From assembly GCA_951406725.2 (NCBI GenBank), contig OX597821.1, positions 86,490,001 through 86,554,000 of the forward strand: DNA of 64,000 bases, in the 5' to 3' direction. The position numbers were made by a program, and so were the translations under genes. The notes below the pieces were generated by a model. That model did no database searches. It saw only the letters and a list, made by a program, of their open reading frames with translations, and was not told the origin of the DNA. The DNA comes from Octopus vulgaris. Its lineage: Eukaryota. Every line of letters starts with the position of its first letter. Positions within the stretch are counted from its first letter, which is position 1. Shown here in pieces: positions 1 through 13,706 of the stretch.

Positions 1-939
1 AATCTTAAGGCTAATTAGAGGATAGAGTATCTGAAAATATATTAACAAATATTTAAAATGTGGGTAAAAAGGCTAATTAGAAAGATATTAGAGTGTGGGT
101 AAAAAATTAGATGTTAAAGTGTGGGTAATAAACGTTGTTTATTCTTAGGCTAATTAGAAGATAGAGTATCTGAAAAATTATTAACGATAAACAGTATTAA
201 ACGTTATTTAATCTTAAGGCTAATTAGAAGATGGAGTATCTGAAAGAGGTAAGAAAGAGGGGAAAGATTAGTTATCTATATAAAGTTCGTGAAAGTTCAC
301 GTCCATGCATATATACGCATACATATATACATACACGCACACACACATACATACACGTGCACACACATACACATATACACAGACGGGGAGAGAAGGAAGG
401 TGGAAAAAAAAAGAGAAGAAAATGAGTGAAAATATATTAAAATATATATATATTTTAAAGTGTGAAGAAAGGGTTATTTAATTTTGAAGCCAAGTTCGAG
501 ACAGTTATTGAAATGTAAACAAACAAAAAAATAGCGATCGTAGACTTTAACGGAGATGTGGGCTTAGGTTATATAAAATAGGATAATAAACAAAATATGA
601 AATATAAGATGAAAGGGATACTTAATCCAACGATGTGGTCTGGATTTTTCGTGGGTTTTTTTCGTGGTTATTTTCCAGGAGATGTTTCTTTTTCCTTCTA
701 CAGTGGATTTTTTTTCGCCATGTGCGTTTTCGGTCAAAAGAAAAAATTTTTACTGAGTTTGGCTTCAGGCAAAGTATATTACGTTTTTGATTAATATATT
801 TGTAGCCGAAGTGTTGTAGTGGGATTTATGAGTTGAATTTGTGACTTTCAATAGATTATTTCACCGATTTATGCACACTTTCTGCTTTTTAAACAGAGCA
901 AAGACGATACACGACTCTCCCTGTCGGATCCGAAAATAC

Positions 940-982
<43 letters not shown>

Positions 983-1438
983 TTACTTGAAAATGGATGC
1001 GTGGCATTCGATTGTATAATAATATGAATAACATATGCATATATACATACATATATGTACATACCTACATATATATGTACATATACAAACATATATGGGT
1101 ACAGAACATCAAAATAACGTCATCAAAATGAGAAACGAGAACATAAAAAACAAAAACACAGAAAACGAACTTTTTTTCAAACAACAAAAGAAACAAATAG
1201 AGAAACGGAATAGGAAATATAAAGAACATTTCTTCCATCTGTTGTCCCTCGTTTCGAAGGTGGGGAATGTTCTTTATGTTCTTTAGTGAGTTTTTTTTTG
1301 TTTTTTTTTTAAATTTCACTACCAGTGGCCTAGCATGCCGATTGAAACTGCGCTTGCGCGGTGAATTTGAAAAATTATAATGTATAACGATGAAACACGT
1401 ATTCTTCGTCTCTTAATTATATGTTAGTGATATGGCGC

Positions 1439-1511
1439 GGTCACTGATGAGAAATTTTGTCCTAGTAAATTATTTTATTTGCCAAAATGATTTTGAAACC
1501 TAGGTCTAACC
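1439..1511 (+). ncRNA. minimal type I hammerhead ribozyme-like motif
   Basis: CTGATGA (1444-1450), imperfect AT-rich stem II, GAAAC, palindromic stem III ACCTAGGT, GTC cleavage triplet, weak stem I ggtca/taacc. Confidence 0.45.
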
Positions 1512-1656
1512 GGAATAAAATAACAAGGTAAAAGTTTTTATTTCTCATTCCTTTTGAAGATTGCTCTTAAATGTGGTTTTGGTCGTTTTGACTACTTCTT
1601 CTAGCGTGTAAAAACTGCCTGTTGAAGGCAGTTTTCTCTTGTGTTTAAATGTACAC

Positions 1657-1701
<45 letters not shown>

Positions 1702-1758
1702 CTGACCAAAGCCTTGTGGGTCGATCTGGTAGACGGAGACTGAAAGAAGCTTATCGTA

Positions 1759-1852
<94 letters not shown>

Positions 1853-1853
<1 letters not shown>

Positions 1854-2256
1854 TCTCTTTTACTCTTTTACTTGTTTCAGTCATTTGACTGCGGCCATGC
1901 TGGAGCACCGCCTTTAGTCGAGCAAATCGACCCCGGGACTTATTCTTTGTAAGCCCAGTACTTATTCTATCGGTCTCTTTTGCCGAACCGCTAAGTGACG
2001 GGGACGTAAACACACCAGCATCGGTTGTCAAGCAATGCTAGGGGGACAAACACAGACACACAAACATATACACACACACTTATATATATACATATATACG
2101 ACATACTTCTTTCAGTTTCCGTCTACCAAATCCACTCACAAGGCATTGGTCGGCCCGGAGCTATAGCAGAAGACACTTGCCCAAGATGCCACGCAGTGGG
2201 ACTGAACCCGGAACCATGTGGTTGGTTAGCAAGCCACTTACCACACAGCCACTCCT
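1853..2256 (-). mobile_element. tRNA-derived SINE, family A
   Basis: tRNA-like A/B-box head (ggagtggctgtgtggtaag...ggttcagtccc), internal (TA)/(TG) tract, tail gtaaaagagtaaagag; many near-identical copies in the window. Confidence 0.85.
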
Positions 2257-2426
2257 ATATATATATATATATATATATAGGACAAGCTTCTTTCAGATCG
2301 ACCCACAAGGCTTTGGTCAGCCCGACGCTGTAGTAGAAGACACTTGCCCAAGTTTCCCCGCATTGGGGCTAAACCCGGAACCATGTGGTTCGAAAGCACG
2401 TTTTTCACCACACAGCTTCAACTGTG

Positions 2427-2487
<61 letters not shown>

Positions 2488-2488
<1 letters not shown>

Positions 2489-2835
2489 CACAGTTGAAGC
2501 TGTATGGTAAGAAGCTTACTTCTCAACCACATGGTTCCGGGTTCAGTCCCTCTGTGTGGTACATTAGACAAGTGTCTTCTACTACAGCCTCGGGTCGACA
2601 AAAGCTTTTGTGGGTGGATCTATTTGACGGATACTGAAAGAAGCCTTTCGTATATATATGTGTGTGTTTGTATTTATGCGTTTGTCTTTGTGTCTGTGGT
2701 TGCCCCATCACCATTGCTTGACAGACGATGTTGGTGTGTTTGCGTCTCCGTAACCTAGCTGTGTCGGCAAAAGAGAACGATATAATAATTACTAAGCTTA
2801 CAAAGAATAAGTTCTGGGGTCGATTTCTTCAACTA
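2488..2835 (+). mobile_element. diverged SINE family A copy
   Basis: homologous to the other family A copies. Confidence 0.7.
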
Positions 2836-2858
2836 ACTGTTTTTAAAATTGATTTCAG

Positions 2859-2942
2859 ACTCGAATTCCAAACTCAGAAACTACTTATTGGTGTAAATCG
2901 TTTGAAACATCACAACTTGACGAGCAAGTACATGCTATTGCG
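2859..2942 (+). CDS. MOXD1-like exon TRIPNSETTYWCKSFETSQLDEQVHAIA
   Basis: gatttcAG acceptor, GTatgt donor, 84 nt phase 0/0, TTYWC motif at the start of the Cu2-monooxygenase N domain. Confidence 0.88.
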
Positions 2943-5900
2943 GTATGTATTTTGTTTCTTTACCTATTCGATATTTTCATTATAGGTTCCATGTATTTGC
3001 TTGCACCTCCTTTCTCTTCTTACAACCTTTCTAAAATGTCAGCTAATGAAGATCTAACATTAATTTGATAAATGCTGAGCACTCGATCACATAGTTAAGA
3101 TGACTGACAACTTTCATTAACATCACCTCCTTCATACACTGCTGTTCTTTAACCTTAGGTCATCACTGACCCTCCAGACCCCGTATAAAACACTTTTCAG
3201 CCGAAATTAGATCATCTTGTTTTCAACCTAACCCTTTATATAATTAATACTCCATAGAAATGTAGAGTTCTTTTCTTGTCGATGGCCGTTTCCAGCTGGC
3301 AATAATCTAGATGCCGAAGGCCGAGGTCCGGTGCTTCATCCTATATTGCAATATGTCAATGAGACGAGCTGCAGGAAGACGAGTCTCATCAAAGACGACC
3401 ACACCAGTTCACCGGTGAATCACAATGACCTTTATATGTGCATAGTTTGTGACAGACCATGCCTTCCTTTAGCTGGGTTCAAATCTCATTTGCGGACCTA
3501 TAAGAAACCAACCTCCACCAACTATTCTGCCTAAATGTCTGTGCACACCTTTCAATGCCATATTTGCCATAATGTCTGCAAATCTAATGGAGTCCTCGAA
3601 AAACATTTTATGATCCACAAAGATCAGAACTTAATTGCAGCACTTGCTGGTCCAAATCAAATATGCAATATATGTGGGTGTCTTTTCAACACATTGTCCG
3701 GTTTAAAAAGCCACATCAGACGCCATGATGGATCTAAGAGGTAGGTACATGAGCTGGTGAGATTCTGCATAAGGAGTAGACAACCACCATATATATATAT
3801 ATATATATATACTTTATATAAATAGGGTTCAGCAAAAAAAAAATTAGCTATTTCTTCTACTGTAAGAAGAGTCTCCCAGATAATGTATACTCAAAAACAA
3901 TTCACGTAGGCATAGAGGGAAAAATAACGAAAGATCACTCGATATTAGATTACTCGTGAACGCGTTTCTGGGTTAGTCAGATATAGAGATGCTAGAAATA
4001 CATACCTATTCTAACATTCTCGTCATCAGTACAGAGATTTCATTAAATTTAAATTTGAGAGCAATAAAAATCGAACATACCAAATCGAACATAGGCGCAG
4101 GAGTGGCTGTGTGGTAGGTGGCTTGCTAACCAACCACATGGGTCAGGGTTCAGTCCCACTGCGTGGCATCTTGGGCAAGTGTCTTCTGCTATAGCCCCGG
4201 GCCGACCAATGCCTTGTGAGTGGATTTGGTAAACGGAAACTGAAAGAAGCCTGTCGTATATATGTATATATATGTATGTATGTGTATGTATTTGTGTGTC
4301 TGTGTTTGTACCCCTAGCATTGCTTGACAACCGATGCTGGTGTGTTTACGTCTCCGTCACTTAGCGGTTCGGCAAAAGAGACCGATACAATAAGTACTGG
4401 GCTTACAAAGAATAAGTCCCGGGGTCGAATTGCTCGACTAAAGGCGGTGCTCCAGCATGGCCGCAGTCAAACGACTGAAACACGTAAAAGAGTAAAGAGA
4501 GATACCCATCTGATTTGAGTAACCTCAGACGAATCAACTTCGACATCCATTACTAACGAATTCAAAATGTACGAATGAGGCTTTGCATCCTCCCCTGTCC
4601 ACCCACCTGAGTTATAGAGCAACAAATTCCTTCAGAAGGATCTGTAGTTTATTATCAGGGAGAGAATTATATTGTCAATAATAATAATAAAGGGCAAAAA
4701 TTATTAATTAATTAGTAATTAATAATTTTACCAAGCAGTGTCCAATATGTAAAAGGACCAGTTACGGTAAATTTAAACATTACTTTATATAATTAGGGTT
4801 CTGCTTTATCACATACCAAACTTTTAGAAATAGCAGCCAAAAAAATTAGCTATTTCTTCTACTATAAGAAGAGTCTCCCAGATAATGTATACTCAAAAAC
4901 AATTCATGTAGGCATAGAGGAGAAAATAACGAAAGATCACTCGAAATTAGATTACTCGTGAACGCATTTCTGGGTTAGTCAGATATAGAGATGCTAGAAA
5001 TACGTCCCTATTCTAACATTCCCGTCATCAGCACAGAGATTTCATTAGATTTAAATTTGAGAGCACTAAAAATCGTTAAATGCTCGAAGTGAGGAGTAGA
5101 TGAACAGCCGACAACTGATGAAGGGTGGTTCTTTGTGTTACTTCTCCTGTTTTCCATTTGTTTCTCTCGTTGTTCGCATACCAAAGTTTGTCTTCGTATT
5201 TCATGTTGTTTACGCTTTGTGACGTCCTGTACCCATATATATATATATATATATACTAGCAGTATCGCCCGGCGTTGCTCGGGCTTGTGAGGGAAATAAC
5301 TATATAAGCATTTTTAGAGATGTAAAGTATAATAGCCATCTCAATATGGCTAACCACAAAGGAGGTGGGGTGTTACTGTAGCTTTTTACGTTCTGAGATT
5401 TAATAATAAATTTTTAGAGAGTTACTTCCCTTATATATGCCAAAAATGCATTAAAAAATGTGAAAAATTGATGGTAAAAGTGCGCCTGAGTATGTTCTGA
5501 TCAAACTCTTTTCTGGATTCTCAGGTATAGATGATTAGAGGGCCGAAGCTGGGGAACTGATGATTATAAGTATGCTGAGGCACGCATGGTATGATTGGAT
5601 GTACTTTCTTTCCTTTCATGCGGGCAGGGATTAAAATTTTCACTTCTACCGTTTAGGCAGATGTCTGGGTGCTCTTCGTATTATAATGTGTAATGTAGAA
5701 ATTTATGACTAATTTAGATAATGCAAGTTACGAAAAGAGAAGTTTTCCTTCTAGGAGTGTTCAAAACTAATAGCAACTAAAAAAGGTATAACTCCAAGAA
5801 GATCCGCTGGACGAAAATTCTGGACAAAATAGAAAATTTAGAGGATGTGCATCTGCATCTGGTCATCAACATAAAATGGTGAAATCAACGGACAAGTTTC

Positions 5901-7251
5901 GACCTTAAAGAATATCAGTTTAATCCATTGAAACTCTTTCAAATACAAACAGAAAAATATTATTTCAACAAAATAGAGTTGCCCTTATCTTAGAAAAATT
6001 TGTATTTTTTAACCAAAAATTCGGATGCGAGAGAACTAGGTAGTAAACATTTGTAAAAATCAATATAAATAAAATTCCTTCAAGATTAAGAATTTTAATT
6101 TCTTTCAGTTTTCTCCTGACATCCAAAAAGGACATAAAGACTTTGTTCACCATATGATAGTATATGGCTGCTACGGAAACACTGAGAAAGGAAATAATAA
6201 TAGACATGAAGGAGAATGCTATTTAGGAAGTATGTTGATTCACTGGCGCTACTGTACCGAAGTTGTTTTCGGATGGGCAGTTGGAGGCGAGGTAAGTTAC
6301 ATTACAACATAATATTTGTAAAAATCCTTTTGGTACTGTTCCAATTTCTTCGATCAAAGTTGAAATATCCGAGTGGTTGTGGAGTAGAAAATGTATGCAG
6401 TTAGACGAAAGTATGCTGTGGTAACCTTGATAAAATACATAGCAAAGAGTGCATTTGCAGGTCAGTGACTGTAACAGGATGGTGAGTGAATATTTGTCGA
6501 GGAGTCGGATAGTCTTCTTTTAAATGAAGTCCGATATCTATAAATCTGTGATAATCAGTTAAATAGAATGCGACTTGATAAAATACTGGCTGTCTTAAGT
6601 TCAATTGTGTAATGATTAAGGCGAAGATACTATAAAAAAAATAAAGGGGTATATGTTAGTGAGATGTGAGGAAAAAAAATTAAAGTTTAAGGCAGACATT
6701 TTCTCCGTTGATATACCTACAATTATATTCTAACACTAACAGCAGTCTTAACAGAACTGCCTGTATCCAAACTGACGCCTGTCCCCATAAAACACCACTG
6801 GTTTTACAAGACGACTACTAGATATATTTTCTTGAATTTGTGAGTTCTTTAAATAGGTTAATATCCCTTGTTGTTACTCAGGTAACTTTAATGGTGACTT
6901 TTCTATATTGTTGATATTGCCCGACAACATTGAAGTGATACGTTACACAAGTGCAGTGTAATACGTTTAGTTTGTAAGAACGACTTTTATCTGGCTAAGG
7001 CATTTTGGAGATGTTTGATCCAAGGTAGGTACATGTGCACCGCTGGAGCATTTGTAATGATACAGGGACCATTTACTTGAGGTTTTAAGCTTCTTTGGAA
7101 AATAGACAAATTTACATTCATTCTGATGATCCAAGGTGTCCTTATATGTTGAAATGAGCTTTCCAAAAATCCATCTTACACTTCAACATTTTTGACACTT
7201 TGAGAATATTTCTAACAATCAAAATGCGAATAAATTCGATGCAGATTTCTC

Positions 7252-7315
<64 letters not shown>

Positions 7316-8632
7316 TAATAATAATAATGAAATTATTGTATACACTGCTCAGGTGCACCACAACCTGTCAAAAGTGCGTGTAAAGCATATACAGTAATGT
7401 ACAAATGTCAGGAAATGTGTATGAGTCAGATACATGCATGCATGTGTATGGAGGGGAGAAAATCAGGTGAAGTGTTGGCGAATCTCAGGAAGCATGAAAG
7501 TTTTGAAGGATACAGTGCTCCGACAACTAACAACTGATGCCGGCAGTTTGTTCCATACTTCAGCAAATCTTAACGTGAAAAAACTGTTTCCGAAAGTCAT
7601 GGGAGCTGTGCTGTTTTCTGACTTTGTAAACATGTCCACGGGTGTTAGACAGGTGGAGTTTGAAAAGGTGCTTAGAGTAATTGTTAGTACAATGGTTAAT
7701 AATTTTATGGGTGACTGCCAAGTCAGTTCCCAGACGTCGAAGTTTCAATGTATCTATGCCCAGGGAAGTAAGGCGTTCAGAATATGGCAAATTCCTGTTG
7801 GAGGGTATTCTCTTGGTTGCATGTCGCTGAACGGTTTCCAGATGATTAATATTCTGGGCAAGATAGGGGTTCCAGACCGGTGATGCAAATTCCAGGTGAG
7901 ACCGCACCACAAAGCCTCAAATAGATAGCCAGAAAGCGGCTCACAAATGACTAGGTAAGTTATGCCAAGACACCCCCAGCCTTCTTGGCAATTTTAGCAA
8001 TATGTTTTGTCCAATTTAAATCGCTGTCGACAATAATGCCCAGGTCACGTTCACAAGAAAACTTTTTGAGATTAATGTTGTGGAGGGAGTAGGTGGACGC
8101 TGGGTTTCTCTTCCCAAAATGCATGGAGGTGCATTTGTCCAAAGCCAGCTTGAGTTGCCACCATATGATCCATTGCTGCATTGTGTCCAGGTCTGATTGC
8201 AATAAAGATCTATAGTGTACAGGATCTGTCCTCTTTATTTCGAGGTACAGCTTGATGTCATCTGCATATTTCAGATGTTTTATAGCAAACTTACACATTC
8301 ATGAGTGTGTGAATGTGTCTTTGTGATGTGTATGTGTGTGTATATCTGCATATGAATTCTAGATAGACAGACTGATAAACACACACACATAGACAGATAG
8401 ACATACACATAAAAAGACAAATAATAGACTGATAAATAGAGAGAAAGAATGCGAGAGAAAGATTGATATATATATATAGAGAGAGAGAGGGAGAGAGCGA
8501 GAGAGAAAGAAAGAGAGAGAGAGAAAGAAAGAGAGAGAGAAGAGAGAGAGAGTAAAATGAAAAGTTGGTTTTGTATTTTTGGTAAATGATAAATGATAAC
8601 TTTTTACTTATACTAAAGAATAATAACAATAT

Positions 8633-8715
<83 letters not shown>

Positions 8716-11700
8716 GTTTATAATTTAGAGAAAAACCTCTCTTAAACAATTCAATAATGAAAGATATTATTCACACCACATAGAGAACATATACTATAAA
8801 AACCTTACTATACTATAAAATCAGGAAGAAAACGCAGAGTGGTTATGTTATTCGAAGTGTACAGTATTACACACGCGACTTATCAATCACCTCTCCTACC
8901 GACATCGTTTCGATGTCTGGCATCTGCAGCAGACGTACAAAGATATGTTCAGGGAAACCGGTCACCATCCACTCCATCGCTGCTCCAGTAAACCCTGCTA
9001 ATCTCGCTCTCCTAATCTCGCTCACGTAATTATCTATCTGCTCACTGGTCCGTCCCGAGCTTGCTATAGGCTTTAAAACTTCCATCGTTGCACGCGTCCT
9101 TCAGCCGCCCTTCAGTATTTTTCCGCTTTCCCTTGGTCATCCCTCTCCAGGTAGAGATTCAGTGCATTACCCTCTAAATTCAACGGCACAAGGTTTGCCA
9201 CATCTTTTATTTGCTGCAGCTTCGCCACAAATCACACCTTCTTTATCTAGGATACCACATCACCTTCCCCGGTGAACGGTCTCAACACGTCATTTCTGAT
9301 TCTGATTTTTTGTGGCCATTGCAAACGAAGAACAAGAACAACAAAATTTATTTAAAAATCTAATTCTCGCACGTATCCTCACCACTGGTAACAACATGCT
9401 GAAATAGCTTGTAGTTTGAAGGCACGTAAATAAACTTGCTTTTACCTCGACTTGCGATCAGATACCGCTGGCAGATTGATCAATTCTTCACCCGTGTTCA
9501 CACAACCTCTCTCTGTTTACGATTGGCCTCTGTCATTGCTCGCATCCCCAGGAAAAAACCAAACGCAGGGAAAAGCTTTTCTTCCCACTCGCTGACGTGA
9601 CATCATCTCTCGTCGCTTCCAATCTTCCTTCAACCATAGAAACACAGAAACAACAACAGGTAAAATAACACACACCAGAACAGACCGGCTATAACCGAGG
9701 ACGGAGACGAAATAACAAACATAGAAGTAAACATCACAAAGTCGTTAATTATGAATCAGCGTAAGCGTCTCCTCAGGCTATAAAAAAACAGCTGTAGGAA
9801 AGGATAAACAGATAGAACAGAGCCCGACAAGTAATGATGATCACATCAAAATTATAGAAATTCAAATCTAAAGTATGAACGAGAGCAACCAGCGTCCACA
9901 CGTTGATGGAATGACATCATCAGTCTTTAAGTTTCAATTTTATAACAGGCGAACAGAGAAAGACGGAGAAAAGGAAGAAAAAAAGGAAAAAAGAAGCAGA
10001 ATATTTAATGAAAATGTTTCGTGTAAATTTGATGATATTCTCCTATCATTTTATTCAATCCTCCAGGGAGTGACGTTAGTAAAAGAAATAGCAAACGAAA
10101 TAGCTAAGATTAACAAGGATAGTCAAATTCTCACGCATAATTTTAGCAAGCACAATACAATATGTGAGGAATTCCTTTAGTGATTAACTAACACCGAAAT
10201 TTTGCTGACATTCCGAAAGTGTTGCATGGAAGTTACCAGCATATGGTGGGAAAATATCTTCGTTTCAAACAGATATTTCCTCACCCACCTATTGTAGCCT
10301 TCAGATGGAATAAGAATATAAGAGAATTATTGATCTCTATTTCTGGCTCCATGATAACTAACACTGGAGTATCTGCACGCTGTACCTTGAAAAACAGCTG
10401 CAAGAGAAGTAAGCCCTATTTTAGAGCAAATTATTATGCTACATTATTACAGTTATAATACCGTAGCTGTTAAATACTAATCATCGAGCAGGCCCAACTC
10501 TTTATTAAAAAAAACTCAAAGAGACATGCAACATGTGTCAAGTGAATTCCATCAGTATTCATAACAGAAATGTTATGATTTATACAGAGGGTGGGTCATG
10601 TAGGGATTCCTATTTGGTGTTCGCAGCAGAATGCACCAAACACAACTTGATTTATATTGGTTTTACAACAGAATAATTAAACAAAACATTTAATGGACAC
10701 AGATATTACGTCAGGCACAATAACAATAGTTCGACAGAACTTGCTTAAAATTTTGCTTCAAACGGCTGCAATTTTGAGAAGACTTGAAAGTGTAGATTCT
10801 CAGAAAATATTCTGAATCTGCTTCACTTTCACTTCTCAAAATGCATGAGGAGAAATATGTTTGCAGGTTATTAACATCAGACCCTGGAGGAATTAATAAA
10901 ATGACAGGAGAAAATCATAGAATTTACACACAACTGTTTGATTAACTATTCTTTTTCGTTATATTCTTTCTTTCCCCCATTTTTGCGTCTTTTTCTGTCT
11001 TTTTCTTTCACCAGTTATAAAATAAAAAATTTAAGGACTGATATTGCCCGCCTGATAGAGGGCAGTGAGTGCCTGGCAGCATTCCAGATGTCAGTTACCC
11101 TGTCTGGGTCTCTTCTTGGCCCAGGACTGTAGCTCAGTCAAGATGAGCTGCGGAAAGGCCCGTTTGACAAACGGCGACCACACCTCTTCACCGTTTAAGC
11201 AGAATATCTGGAGATGCCGCAGCCTCAGCGCATGTCTACGCATCATTAGCTACGGCATGTCCAGCCCTCCGCGTAGAAGGTGCAAGCAGCAGATGGACAG
11301 CCTCCCCAAAGGAACCTGTCCCCTCTACAAGAATTTGAAGAGGACGTACTCCAGCTTGGTGAGGCGCGAACGGAGGCAAAGCACAACAGTCAGGCGGTTG
11401 TAGATGACAGACGCTATATATGCAATCGCCACCGCCACCCGACCTTTCAGTGACAGTTTCTTCGCAGCCTATTTCCAGTGACACTGCCTACCCTGCTCAT
11501 CACCATATGGAGAGCTGGTCCGAACCAAACCCCGAGTAACTTTTCTGGTCCAGCGACCCACGACGCTGTAGGACAACATGGACTTGCCTCTTCAGCCCAC
11601 CGACTTATCCGGGTTAAAATTTGCCCCCGTCAACTTTTCATATTCTTCCAATAATATGCCCACCAACCCGATTTCTGAGGTATCCTACAGTATCACGATG

Positions 11701-13629
11701 ATGTCATCCGCATAATCCGACACAGCCCTTCCACATCACGGTTTGAGTGGGATGCCCTGCAGCAGCTCCAGATCCGCAGTAAAGGCTCAAGAGTCAATAA
11801 GTACAGAAGGGAGGAGAGAAGGATCCCTTGATGGACTGATCTCGTAATTTGAATCGGTTCCAAGAGGTGGCCATTAACTTTGACCACCGAGATGCCGCTG
11901 TGCATTGCGGCGACTCAGCTTCTGAAGACGGGGCCGAAGACAGTTGCTGAAGACGGGGCGGAAGCTAGTTGCATTGATGACAACCTCCAGGTACCGTATG
12001 GTCGACCCTGTCGAATGTTTTCGATTGATGAGAGCCCTACCGAATCCAGGTTTACACCCTACCCTTTCTATGATGTATCGCATAAGGTGGAGGTTGTCGT
12101 ATATGGACCTGGTTAGGATTGCGCAAGTTTGTGTGCCTCCCCAACCAAATCCTCGTTGACAAGCGCCAACCTCTTCGCTAACACTTTGACCAAAATCTTA
12201 AACTCTGTTGAACAGTATGGACCTGAAGTGCGTCCCTCTTGTTTTCGTCTTTCCATATCTGCGTCACAGATCTCCCGTTCTGCTGCGATTGGCAATAGAG
12301 CGCTTCGAGATCGGAGAATAAGTCTGGCATATTTACGTAAAGCTCGTCGGGCAGACCTTCAAAACTGAGTAACTTGCGCCTCATGGAGCCGACAAGGGCA
12401 TCCTGAATTTCGGCTGAAGTTATCGGTCTTTCGAAGTGCTCAGCGCCGGCCGCCGAGAGGTACGGCAAGCCGTCGAGGTAGGGTTTGAAGTCGACCACCA
12501 TCTCTGACCTACCCGTCACCTTGAACAACCGAGAAAAGTGCTGGCAAAAGGCCTCACACATCTGCCTAGCATCGCTCACCTTGTGTCCGTCTTGGTCCGT
12601 CAATGGCCGAATTGTGGTTTTGTTACCACGCTGCTCCCCCTCCACGCGGGCCCATTGAACAGCTTTGGTTCCCTCGTTTCTCTAGCACGTGCCTTAACTC
12701 TGACAATGTAACCATTGAAGAAATGATCTAATGCCATTCTCGCTGATAGCACGTCGGTTGCAATGCCACTACAAATAACCTCGTCGAACTTAGCTACCGC
12801 CTCCTCCTCCTTTCTATTTTTTCTAACATTACTTGTTTGCTAAACCCTATCGAAATCATCCTCACCACTCTTTTGAGACTTCCCCAACACCATCTGTTGT
12901 TGACGACATCCCCTAACAACTTTCGCTAAACTAAATTGTCGACCTGGTCCCTGTAAGCCTTACGCGCCAGAAGGAAATATTCAGCTTCCAGTAACTAAAT
13001 CCAAACCTAGGCATCATATCTAGGACGACCGTAATGCCTACAAACGACGGTTTTAAAAAAGTGGACAACCTACACTATTGCTATCTATTTTCCTAGTGAA
13101 AATCATGTCTTTGTACGATCTAGATGACCCTATGCGGTCGGTTCAGGACCACACTGGCGCATTAAGGAAATCTCGTTGGTACCTGTCAGATAGTTGCTAC
13201 TGGCTGATCAGGTGCGTGAGGCTTTTGCACCCACCTCGCTTCTATCAGCTACTACCACACAATCCCAGCGTATGTCTAAGATGTCATTCCAGTCTTCCAC
13301 TAACAATAAAGGGCGAGATGTACCCAGAAAGGCTTCCAGACGCTTATAGAAATCCGGCTGTTTGGCTCCGGTAGGGGCATAAACGGCCACTAGTCTGCAG
13401 GCACCAGCTTCGCTCTTGCTCACATCCAGGATCACCAACTTACCTGATCGTGGTAAGTACTATCCTGTCCGTCTTAGTATCAAATATATGTCCGTATGTT
13501 TTATAGTTGTCTATTGCGTTCTTGGTCCAATTTTTGGAATTATATATACATATAGCCGCGTACGTATACTTTTGCTCACCATATTGATCGATTGATCGAT
13601 AGACAGATAGATAGACAGACAGATAGACT

Positions 13630-13706
<77 letters not shown>

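Noticed and set aside
3331-3744. Possible C2H2 zinc-finger gene
   Set aside because: Interrupted by a stop, and paralogous to the RTE LINE 3' end at 31640-32440, so TE-derived.
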